Virus record (IMG/VR): IMGVR_UViG_3300037657_000090
Span: 1-25,445 of that record
Length of the DNA: 25,445 nucleotides
Strand: one strand, 5' to 3'
Source: a virus
Taxonomy: Duplodnaviria > Caudoviricetes
Under the pieces are notes generated by a model that ran no database searches, had not been told where the DNA came from, and was given only the letters and a program-made list of their open reading frames with translations. The first letter of the stretch is position 1. The number at the start of each line of letters is the position of its first letter. This document shows, piece by piece, positions 9,458-17,564 of this stretch. The position numbers and the translations under genes were made by a program.

Positions 9458-9580
9458 GCCAGAACTACATCTGGCTTGCCACTTTGGCAGTGAGGAGCGG
9501 AGGGACCATCTCCTCACTGCCTATTAAATTATCAAAAACCAAAATTCAATAATTGAATATTACATTAATATTTTAACACA
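9458..9580 (-). promoter_or_regulatory. Structured late leader with candidate extended -10 promoter
   Basis: 12-bp perfect stem 9486-9497/9510-9521; 6-bp stem 9458-9463/9470-9475; TGTTAAAAT on the minus strand at ~9570-9578. Confidence 0.5.
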
Positions 9581-9709
9581 ACCTGAATCGGTTAACAACC
9601 CCCAAAAATCAGCCTTTTCCCGCGTTTCCTGCACCAACCCAACCCAAATAACCAACAAAAAAGACCAGAGTCCCAACCTCCGATCTTTTCACTGTGTAGA
9701 ATCCATCCT

Positions 9710-9751
9710 GTAAGGGTAAAGCATTTTTATCCCTTCAAAAATGCTTTACCC
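9710..9751 (+). repeat. REP-like hairpin copy 5
   Basis: GTAAGGGTAAAGCATTTTTATCCCTTCAAAAATGCTTTACCC. Confidence 0.9.
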
Positions 9752-9768
9752 ATCTTTCTAAAACCAAC

Positions 9769-9800
9769 AAAAAAAGCCAGAGTCTAAACCCTGGCTTTTT
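9769..9800 (-). terminator. Intrinsic (bidirectional-type) terminator after the 110-aa gene
   Basis: AAAAAGCCAG-10 nt-CTGGCTTTTT; a degenerate second copy lies at 9651-9690. Confidence 0.75.
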
Positions 9801-9812
9801 CCTTCTCAAAAA

Positions 9813-10145
9813 TTATTTCTTAGTAAATATCAATCCCTTGCTCACTAATTCGCCCCCGCTTCCGATTATCAATCTTGTCGCCTCTGGAATCAGCTCTTTC
9901 ACGAACAATTTATCAATATACTGATAATCCTTTGTCCGGTAAGCCCATTCCGCCGCTGTCAGCAAATAAACGTAATCAGCCAGTTCCCGGCTCGTAGCAT
10001 CATCCTTAAGCCGTGCCAACAGACTTTCCAATACCGTCCAGGCAAGCCAGGACACAAAACGCGGGTCGTAATCATTCCGCTTTGCCAGTTCAACATCCAG
10101 TTCCCATTCCCCGAATTCCGGGTCTTTCACAGTACGCTTATTCAT
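9813..10145 (-). CDS. Hypothetical protein (110 aa) under antisense control
   Basis: ORF with a TAAGGAG RBS and its own promoter and terminator; no family recognised. Confidence 0.8.
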   Translation of the reverse strand: MNKRTVKDPEFGEWELDVELAKRNDYDPRFVSWLAWTVLESLLARLKDDATSRELADYVYLLTAAEWAYRTKDYQYIDKLFVKELIPEATRLIIGSGGELVSKGLIFTKK

Positions 10146-10181
10146 TTTGCTAGCTCCTTATTCAAATCCGTGAACGCAAAA

Positions 10182-10243
10182 CCCTATTGTGGACGTCAAT
10201 TACAGGAGCTAGCAACTCGGAGCAATCTGTTTCCACAATAGGG
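10182..10243 (-). ncRNA. C4/P4-CI-like antisense RNA
   Basis: 12-bp closing stem CCCTATTGTGGA/TCCACAATAGGG enclosing CGAGTTGCTAGCTCCT, which is complementary to sites at 10147-10158 (RBS) and 10304-10316 on the same transcript. Confidence 0.7.
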
Positions 10244-10322
10244 CTTTGACTACAAATATTTATGCACTTGTAGTGCAATTGACTTTTAAACAAAAATGCC
10301 CGTCGAGTGCTAGCTCACCTCC

Positions 10323-10350
10323 ATTATAGCATCCACAAAATAAAAGTCAA
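10323..10350 (-). promoter_or_regulatory. Sigma70 promoter
   Basis: TTGACT-16 nt-TATAAT with extended TGn on the minus strand. Confidence 0.75.
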
Positions 10351-10556
10351 TCCAGCGCATTTTCATTTTCTTCCACAAGCTCAGTCTCAATTCTCATATT
10401 CAACAACCTCGCCGCCATCTTGGCCAACTTCATCCCAAGCCAAAATCGCAACTTAAAGACCCAGCTATACTTCACATGAACCCGCAACTTCAAATTCCCC
10501 CCATCCGGAATCTTATCCAGCGTAAACGTAAAATCCTGAATTTCACTCGCCATCAC
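10347..10556 (-). CDS. Hypothetical protein (69 aa)
   Basis: GGAGGTG RBS; abuts the upstream stop. Confidence 0.65.
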   Translation of the reverse strand: MMASEIQDFTFTLDKIPDGGNLKLRVHVKYSWVFKLRFWLGMKLAKMAARLLNMRIETELVEENENALD

Positions 10557-10760
10557 TCACCTCACACCTCCAGATATCCTAAATCTAATAATCATATGAT
10601 CATCATAAACCTGTTCTGCAGTAAACCCTTTTCGATAACAATCCACCGAGCAATCCTCGCACGACTTCCCCTTGCTCAGCATCGCCTCCGGACACTCCAA
10701 TTCACCAGTTGGTGGAGTCCGATCACCCTTGAAAACAAACACAGGCCTTCCATGCATCAC
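10557..10760 (-). CDS. Hypothetical Cys-rich protein (67 aa)
   Basis: AGGAGGAG RBS; C...CEDCSVDC. Confidence 0.6.
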   Translation of the reverse strand: MMHGRPVFVFKGDRTPPTGELECPEAMLSKGKSCEDCSVDCYRKGFTAEQVYDDHMIIRFRISGGVR

Positions 10761-10765
10761 TCCTC

Positions 10766-10981
10766 CTATTCAGTGTCTTTTATAGCTTCGTATGCTTTCA
10801 GTATTTCGACAATATCTCCACTCGCGAGTGCATCGACCGCATTATTTATGGCCATACTAATAACCATTGCACCAAATACACCACCAGGAATTTTTTTATA
10901 CTCTTCAAGCAATTCTCGATTACGCTCGATTTCCTTTACCAAGGCTTCAGGTAAATTTGTATTACATTTTTCATCACTCAT
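10766..10981 (-). CDS. Hypothetical protein (71 aa)
   Basis: Start revised to 10981 (TGATG coupling, AGGAGGAG RBS); AT-rich. Confidence 0.7.
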   Translation of the reverse strand: MSDEKCNTNLPEALVKEIERNRELLEEYKKIPGGVFGAMVISMAINNAVDALASGDIVEILKAYEAIKDTE

Positions 10982-11478
10982 CACTCCTCCTTTTCCCATG
11001 CCACTGGCATAAACATGTGTTCCCCTTTGACTTTCTCTTTCACAAAAACAAATATATCTTTTCCTAAACCTCTAAACAACCCATAAACTTTCCAATCACA
11101 AATCTTACCTTTTTCCATATCCAATCCTGAATCACATTCATAAGGAGATTTTGATACACCACCACACATGGGGCAACGAAAGCCAAGATTTCCAATTGAT
11201 TTCATTAACTCATCTACTGTTTCAAAAACCTTCACAGAATCTGATTCAATCAATGGTTGGTTACATTCCTGATAGTAATTCATATACCAGTAAGATCGTT
11301 TTTTCTCCCAGGAATCTAAAATATCGGATGCTTGCAATCCAGTTTTTTCAGCGTAGTGTTTTGCTCTATCAATAACCCAATCAAATGTTGCTTGATAATC
11401 ATGATGATTATTTTCATTAAGATCTTTTACAACAACAGCTAATAATTTTTTATATCCTTCACATTCCGAAATTATCAT
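10981..11478 (-). CDS. Hypothetical Zn-ribbon protein (165 aa), AT-rich
   Basis: FRCPMCGG...C...CDW motif; visibly lower GC than neighbours. Confidence 0.8.
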   Translation of the reverse strand: MIISECEGYKKLLAVVVKDLNENNHHDYQATFDWVIDRAKHYAEKTGLQASDILDSWEKKRSYWYMNYYQECNQPLIESDSVKVFETVDELMKSIGNLGFRCPMCGGVSKSPYECDSGLDMEKGKICDWKVYGLFRGLGKDIFVFVKEKVKGEHMFMPVAWEKEE

Positions 11479-11542
11479 TTCTTTTCCCTTTCCACTTTAA
11501 ACTGTCCACTATGGACTAACTTATTCGTTTATTCGTTAGTTT

Positions 11543-12370
11543 TTATTCGTTGACGGCAATTTCCGGAAACTCATTCCACTCCACTCCATCCAACAACCGG
11601 CTTGCTTTTTTCTTTCCAAATTTATCAACCACCAAAAAATTATAATAAGTTTGAGCCCACTCCCCCCACGACTTAAAAAAGAAAGGAATATTACCCGCCA
11701 GACACTGATCCCGAAGACCTCTCACCCAATCCGGATGCATCGGTCGTGCCTTCGGTCCACTCTCCCCGCCAGCAATCACCCAATCCAATCGACCCTTTCC
11801 AACTAAATATGAATCTTTCCGATTCGTCGACGTCACGGATAACAAAACTTGCGGAATTTCATCCAGATAAACCGGCCCCAATAACGGTTCACAACTCACA
11901 AATCGTACCGCAGCTGGCGTGTCCAAAAGAAGAGGAATTCTTTCATAAGCAGATTTCTGATCCTCCACACTCACCCCCAGCCATAGATTAGGAAGAGGAT
12001 TCTCACTAAGATATTTAAAACATTCAGAAAAAATAAATTGCATTCTTTCGGGTCTTTTAGTAAGGATCATAAAAGTATGTTGTGGACAATCAAATATTGT
12101 GTCAACTACATCACCTATAAAATCATAATTTACTTCATTATGAAACAAATCACTCATCGAATTCACAAATATCCTTGATGGCTTCCTCCAATGCAAAGGA
12201 TCCCGCAATCGCTCCGGATGAACCTGAACATCCGAGAATTTACGGTCCTTCCAAAAACGCCTGGCAATTCCCTCAGCATAACAATGCGCACAACCAGCGC
12301 TCACCTTCTCACAACCGGTAACAATATTCCAAGTGTGGTCGCACCATTCTATTCTAGAGTTTTTAGACAT
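11543..12370 (-). CDS. Phage Gp37/Gp68 family (DUF5131) protein
   Basis: IEWCDHTWN..GCEKVSAGCAHCYAE, FVNSMSDLFH, LTKRPER, RFVSCEPLLG and WVIAGGESG motifs. Confidence 0.93.
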   Translation of the reverse strand: MSKNSRIEWCDHTWNIVTGCEKVSAGCAHCYAEGIARRFWKDRKFSDVQVHPERLRDPLHWRKPSRIFVNSMSDLFHNEVNYDFIGDVVDTIFDCPQHTFMILTKRPERMQFIFSECFKYLSENPLPNLWLGVSVEDQKSAYERIPLLLDTPAAVRFVSCEPLLGPVYLDEIPQVLLSVTSTNRKDSYLVGKGRLDWVIAGGESGPKARPMHPDWVRGLRDQCLAGNIPFFFKSWGEWAQTYYNFLVVDKFGKKKASRLLDGVEWNEFPEIAVNE

Positions 12371-12680
12371 ATCCTTTCCACCTTTCTCCTTTCACCTTTA
12401 GACTTTCGCCTTGCGCCTTTCTTCCTCTCACCACCATCTCCACCAACCGATCCATCGCCTCTTGCCCGGGGATCCACGTCCGCACCGACCCACAAATCGA
12501 GCACCTCACATCCGCCACATACCCCTCCACCAAACCCATAACATCCACCTCCGCAGGCTCAGCCTCTGCAGGGTCCACAGCATTGCGATACAACAATAGC
12601 TTGCGAATATTTGAACCATTCCGCGCCACCTGTCCCAGCACATGTCCTTGCTCACATCGCCATTCCTTATAATCGCCCAT
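12363..12680 (-). CDS. Hypothetical Zn-binding protein
   Basis: WRCEQGH...RCSICG; start revised to 12680 because the longer N-terminus is a translated 7-mer tract. Confidence 0.7.
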   Translation of the reverse strand: MGDYKEWRCEQGHVLGQVARNGSNIRKLLLYRNAVDPAEAEPAEVDVMGLVEGYVADVRCSICGSVRTWIPGQEAMDRLVEMVVRGRKAQGESLKVKGERWKGYV

Positions 12681-12744
12681 ATTTTTTCCTTTCGCCCGTA
12701 GTCTTATTCCCTTTCGCCTTACCACCCCCGTCGGGGGTTAGCCT

Positions 12745-13002
12745 TTAGCCTTTAACCTTCCATTCATCGCCCATCACAAATTCAGCCAACCTCATCACCT
12801 CCAGCTCACCATACCGCCCCACCAACACACACGGATCCCCGCCAGGAATCTGCAAAATCAAACCTGGTGGCAACGTACCAAGATTCACCCCGGCTTTCAC
12901 CTCCTCAAAATTCAAACGCGTCCCAACCGGAAAATCCTCCAAGTCCTCATACAACTTCGACTCCCTCGGTGCATACCCCATCACATAACACTTCATCGTC
13001 AT
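12745..13002 (-). CDS. Hypothetical protein (85 aa)
   Basis: ORF with operon-typical codon bias and a TAAGGA RBS. Confidence 0.7.
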   Translation of the reverse strand: MTMKCYVMGYAPRESKLYEDLEDFPVGTRLNFEEVKAGVNLGTLPPGLILQIPGGDPCVLVGRYGELEVMRLAEFVMGDEWKVKG

Positions 13003-13084
13003 ATCTAAATCCTTATCATCCCCTTGCGGGAAAACCTAACCCCTACGACCTTTCAACACCATCGCCACCAACCGGCTTGCCCAT

Positions 13085-13513
13085 TTAATATTCTTTCTTT
13101 CCAAAAACTACAATTGCGCTCGGAAATGGAGCATTCACTTTTGATTGACCAAATTTCAATCTTCCTTTTATAAATCTGATCTCATCTCCCTTCATAACAA
13201 AATCATGCCAGTATTGAGTATCGGTTTTTGCAGGTATCAAACATACAACCAATGATTTATTCAAACTTTCTAAATAAGCCTTTTGAATCCATTTCTTTAT
13301 TTCTCTTCCAAATGGTGGATTCATAAAAACAATTTCACCAGCCCAAGATTGATTCAATCCATCTTCTTTAATAGTGAAATACTTCTTACACTTATGATTT
13401 TTATTTGTTGCACACGGATCCAACGTAAAATTAAATTCCCTATTTAATTCATCAAAAATATATTGTGGTGTTTCCCATTCATTTGATTTACTCATAAATA
13501 CAACTGTGTTCAT
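13085..13513 (-). CDS. dam: Phage DNA N6-adenine methyltransferase (Dam family)
   Basis: EWETPQ, FTLDPCA, catalytic NPPF, LIPAKTDT and RFIKGRLKF motifs; AT-rich relative to neighbours. Confidence 0.92.
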   Translation of the reverse strand: MNTVVFMSKSNEWETPQYIFDELNREFNFTLDPCATNKNHKCKKYFTIKEDGLNQSWAGEIVFMNPPFGREIKKWIQKAYLESLNKSLVVCLIPAKTDTQYWHDFVMKGDEIRFIKGRLKFGQSKVNAPFPSAIVVFGKKEY

Positions 13514-13548
13514 ATGATTTTCTCCTTTCGCCTTTCGCCTTTCAACTG

Positions 13549-14043
13549 TTACCTAAGCACTACAAACCTCTCCGGAATCCACCCCGCCTCCACAACATAC
13601 ACCTCAACCATCACCCAGCCATCCTCCCAGGCAATCACCCGCTCCGGGATCCCCTTCGCCGAGCGCACCAACAACATCGAAGGCAGCTCCCCCACATACC
13701 CCAGAAAAGCCTCAACAGCCTCCTCCAATACATCCCTGATCCGCTTTGCCTGCCCCAAACACCACAACACCGTGTCATACTTCTCACCCTCTGGCAACTC
13801 ACCAACGTGGGAGAAGAAAGGCTCCCGAACATACCATTTCAACTCCAGATAATGGATCCCCAGTTTCGACTCAGCCCACGTCTTTTCCTGAATCTCACCC
13901 AACTCCCGTGAATAAAACGGGACCATCTTTCGCCAGGCAGCCACATCAATCTCAGCGGAATGCATCACCTTCAGCGTCCGCAACCCAAACTTATCCACCA
14001 CATTCTCCAAAACCTCACCCTCTAACTTTCTCTTTTTCTTCAT
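13549..14043 (-). CDS. Hypothetical protein (164 aa)
   Basis: GAGGAGG RBS; operon codon bias. Confidence 0.8.
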   Translation of the reverse strand: MKKKRKLEGEVLENVVDKFGLRTLKVMHSAEIDVAAWRKMVPFYSRELGEIQEKTWAESKLGIHYLELKWYVREPFFSHVGELPEGEKYDTVLWCLGQAKRIRDVLEEAVEAFLGYVGELPSMLLVRSAKGIPERVIAWEDGWVMVEVYVVEAGWIPERFVVLR

Positions 14044-14060
14044 CCTTCCTCCTCAGTCCT

Positions 14061-14104
14061 GTAAGGGCAACAGCATTTGATCTTTTCGAAATGCTTTGCC
14101 CCCT
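14061..14104 (+). repeat. REP-like hairpin copy 6 (1-nt bulge)
   Basis: GTAAGGGCAACAGCATTTGATCTTTTCGAAATGCTTTGCCCCCT. Confidence 0.85.
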
Positions 14105-14109
14105 AACCC

Positions 14110-14421
14110 CTAAAACCTAAACGTCCTCGAATCCCTATCCCGGCCATCCTGTAAATAACGGTCCTTCCTCACACGCCCTTCATCAAAATCGGCCTTGATC
14201 CATTCATCCAGTCTCACATCCGGAATTCGAACCCCAAATATATGAACCACATCCACAGCACTGCTCCGCAACCAATCTTTCGCCTCTTTCCTCATCCAGC
14301 TCTCCTGGTGATAAACATCCCGAATCGCCCGCACCAGCACAGCCGCCATCAGCCGACGTATACCGGAATACCTATATTCCACTCCTATACCCCCTTCCTG
14401 CACTCGCAAAGCGTGTGTCAA
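14110..14421 (-). CDS. Hypothetical phage protein
   Basis: RRLMAAVLVRAIRD...EAKDWL pattern common in small phage proteins; true start may be the GTG at ~14382 behind GGAAGGGGG. Confidence 0.7.
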   Translation of the reverse strand: MTHALRVQEGGIGVEYRYSGIRRLMAAVLVRAIRDVYHQESWMRKEAKDWLRSSAVDVVHIFGVRIPDVRLDEWIKADFDEGRVRKDRYLQDGRDRDSRTFRF

Positions 14422-14449
14422 CTGTCAACTTTCGACTATCAACTAAATC

Positions 14450-14775
14450 AGTGAACTTCTCTATTTTTACGAAGTCCCCAAGTTCACCGCCATTGCAAAT
14501 GTTTTTCCTTATATATATCTTCTTCTTTATACGATTTTTCACTAAGTCCCCAAGTTCACTACTTGTAAGTAAATTGTTAGTAATAGTTAGGGAAAAGTTA
14601 GTAAAATTTAAGTTTTTATAACCAAAATATAACAAGTAGTGAACTTGGGAAGGTAGTGAAGGTAAAAACGGGGTTTGCAAGGATATTAATTTGTTTTGTA
14701 TTTTAATCTTTAAGCGACAAAACAAATTTAATTTCCATATACCCCAAACAACCTTCACTAAGTTCACTACTCCCC
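14450..14775. other. Probable replication origin (AT-rich region with AGTTCAC iterons)
   Basis: AAGTCCCCAAGTTCAC direct repeat (14472, 14544); 18-bp perfect inverted repeat 14549-14566/14632-14649; further AGTTCAC/GTGAAC-type copies at 14450, 14654 and 14751-14770; directly downstream of the primase-helicase gene. Confidence 0.72.
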
Positions 14776-14786
14776 TAATTTGGTTT

Positions 14787-17564
14787 TTATAGTAGTTCAT
14801 TTTGTTTTCCTTCCACCTTCTTAACCGGAGCAATAACCGGTAAAATCGGAGCATTATGATCAGGAGGATCAATCCCAAACCGCGAACACAACGCCATGAT
14901 CCGGTCTTCCTCATATACCGCGTAGTAATTTCCCTTAAACGGTCCATTCGTCGCCCGCTCAGTGGAAAGTTGCAGATTATTCCGCACAATCGCCCCGATC
15001 CGCTTCGGTCCCAATTTCTTCCTGGAATATTTTCGGTCCCCATCATCCTCTTCGTCCTCGCCATCCTCACCCCGGTTTTCCTCATCAATCACATCGTTGG
15101 TCGCCTTCGTGATATGTTTCAAAGAAAAATCCCAGACATGACCGTTCTCATCCACACCAATCGGATTCCCTCGTCGAATGCGCACCACAGCCTCCAGAAC
15201 CTTCGCATCCAACGACATCGACCGTTCCACAATCAGCTGGCGATTATAGTTGCGAATAAATCCGTCAATCTCCTCCTTGAGATCAGGCTCATCCACAATC
15301 GTCTTCAAAGCCATGGTCACCTGGTTCAACCGCGGCTCAATCGAGCGATCCACCGTGTTGTAATCCACCTCAATTTCCGGCAAAAGATACTTCATGCGGT
15401 AGGCCAGTAACAAATTCCGGATCTCCCTGGCTTGCTCATTAAATGCCTTGGGAAGCACAATCGGAATATCCAGCCTGGGGATGCCGCCACCCATTTCTTT
15501 GGTAAGGCAGCGTGATTCAGTCGCCCGGTCCATAAACTTTTTCCGCGTGGCAATCACCTTCGGGCCGTAAACATCGTAAATCTTGACCAAAAAACCACTT
15601 TGTCCGCTGCCCTCAGTCCTCAAAACCGGTGAACCCTTCATATACCCGGAATTCAAAATCTTGATAATGTCCGAGCTCTCATCGCTCTTGGAAAAATCAG
15701 CCTCATCCAGCACCAGCGTACCCCGATACCGTTCCAGCATCCGGAAGATGGGAGATGTAGTAGTAGCCCCGGCGGTAAAAATCGGGCGGTAGCAAAGAAT
15801 TCCAATCGCCTGGATCATTCGTGACTTACCCGTCCCATAATCGCCTAAAGCGCGCAAATATGGCAGCACGGTGAACGCATCATACATCCAGGTGAACAAA
15901 ACATAATAAGACGCCAGGCGTTCGTAAAAACTATCAACATCCAGATAGCGGTGGATAAAACTCCGAATAATGGCAATCAATTCCCGTACACTTCGCAGCG
16001 GTACAATCTTGGATGGCAGCATCACCACTTCCTTGGTCATAGCATCTTCCGGGAAGGGAGGCACAAAACGTTTATTGTCATAATCGTAATAATCCGCTTC
16101 CTCAATCGTGCCATCCGGTTTGCGAATCGCGAATTTTGTATAATTGCTTTCTTTGTCATACAGCAGTTCAACCAGCGTCTCATCAAACCACCTGCCCATC
16201 GTCTCCACAAACTCAGTCGGTTCCTTACTCTTTTCTGCGCTGGGAGTACCCGACAACGTCTTCAACACATGATTGAAATCCCGCAGGTTCAGATCCAGCG
16301 CCTTCGCCAGCTTTGAGCGGTATTGTGCCAGCAAAACACTATCCATCCTGGCAATAACATTCAAAGCCTTTTTATGAGCATCATCTCGCTCTGCGCCCAT
16401 TTGTTGGCCAGCCCAAAGAGCCACAGTTTCGACATAAGTAGGAGCAGCAGCCAGCAATTTTTTCGAGCGCTCAACCTGCGTTTCCTCTGGCACCCGGTTA
16501 CGGACCATACTCAACAACCAGTCATTTGCGTCTTTACCATCCGGCCAGCGCAAAATACGCGTCATCGGTCCCAAAATATCAGCATTTTTCCACGCGCTCA
16601 CCATACCAGCCTGGTCATTGTCCGGACCCAAATACAGGGTAATATGACCCCGCATCCGCTCCCCAAACTTCTCATCAATACTCGTACCGGCGCTCGCAAC
16701 CGCCACAACCCCCAATTGCGCCAGGCTGATCGCGTCTGCCTGTCCCTCAACGATGACACATACCCGTTCCTGCGGTTTCCACACCCCATTAACAAAAATC
16801 TGCCGATCACCAACCAATTCCCTCGGCAAATTGTAGTGATTTTTTTCGTGCACGCCTCTGCCTGAGTAGTATCGCACCCTCCCGAACAAAAAATGCGGGT
16901 AAACCAGCATATCCTTACCAACAAAACTCGGAATAAACCCCTGCTCAACCCACCTGGATTGTCCCTCAAGCTTATTTTCGCGTAGCCAGCCATCAACCTT
17001 CCCGTTGAAACCAATCAAACTCACCGCTGGAGGAGAATCCGGATCAACACCCGAGACAACGAACTCCCCGCGCAAATGCTTACAAAAATCTTTACGATTA
17101 TCCGCATTGCCCGTGTACCCCAACATATGCTTTTCGATCGTCTCCTTGGTCCATCCCCGCGAAAGAGCATAATTCAAAGCATCATCATCGCGCATCAACC
17201 ACCCGGAAAACACAGAAACTGCCACCTCAAACGCATCCTCCCTGTTCCTGGCAGCGATCCGTTCCTCAACAGATTGCTTGCCCCAGTTCGGCTCAGGCAT
17301 TCCAGCTCGTCGGCAAAGCAGCTCAATCGCGGTCTTGAAATCGCAATTACTGCGCCGCATCACCCAGTTGATCACATCCCCCTGCTCATTCCGGGAATTC
17401 CAGTAATATTTCTGCGTGTCCAGGTTCACAACCAGGCTGTCATGCTGGTCAGCTCTGCGACATTGGCCAGTCTTCTTCCCGAGTGGGAAACCGTCTTTAT
17501 CAATAACCTCATCAATTTTGTTAGCAATTTTTACAAGTTCAACAATATCGTTATGATCTACCAT
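14787..17564 (-). CDS. DnaG-type primase (degenerate Zn-finger plus TOPRIM) fused to a P-loop helicase
   Basis: GDVINWV...DFKTAIELL (CHC2-like), VIVEGQADAIS, DNDQAG and KDANDW (TOPRIM), Walker A GDYGTGKS, Walker B LVLDEAD. Confidence 0.9.
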   Translation of the reverse strand: MVDHNDIVELVKIANKIDEVIDKDGFPLGKKTGQCRRADQHDSLVVNLDTQKYYWNSRNEQGDVINWVMRRSNCDFKTAIELLCRRAGMPEPNWGKQSVEERIAARNREDAFEVAVSVFSGWLMRDDDALNYALSRGWTKETIEKHMLGYTGNADNRKDFCKHLRGEFVVSGVDPDSPPAVSLIGFNGKVDGWLRENKLEGQSRWVEQGFIPSFVGKDMLVYPHFLFGRVRYYSGRGVHEKNHYNLPRELVGDRQIFVNGVWKPQERVCVIVEGQADAISLAQLGVVAVASAGTSIDEKFGERMRGHITLYLGPDNDQAGMVSAWKNADILGPMTRILRWPDGKDANDWLLSMVRNRVPEETQVERSKKLLAAAPTYVETVALWAGQQMGAERDDAHKKALNVIARMDSVLLAQYRSKLAKALDLNLRDFNHVLKTLSGTPSAEKSKEPTEFVETMGRWFDETLVELLYDKESNYTKFAIRKPDGTIEEADYYDYDNKRFVPPFPEDAMTKEVVMLPSKIVPLRSVRELIAIIRSFIHRYLDVDSFYERLASYYVLFTWMYDAFTVLPYLRALGDYGTGKSRMIQAIGILCYRPIFTAGATTTSPIFRMLERYRGTLVLDEADFSKSDESSDIIKILNSGYMKGSPVLRTEGSGQSGFLVKIYDVYGPKVIATRKKFMDRATESRCLTKEMGGGIPRLDIPIVLPKAFNEQAREIRNLLLAYRMKYLLPEIEVDYNTVDRSIEPRLNQVTMALKTIVDEPDLKEEIDGFIRNYNRQLIVERSMSLDAKVLEAVVRIRRGNPIGVDENGHVWDFSLKHITKATNDVIDEENRGEDGEDEEDDGDRKYSRKKLGPKRIGAIVRNNLQLSTERATNGPFKGNYYAVYEEDRIMALCSRFGIDPPDHNAPILPVIAPVKKVEGKQNELL

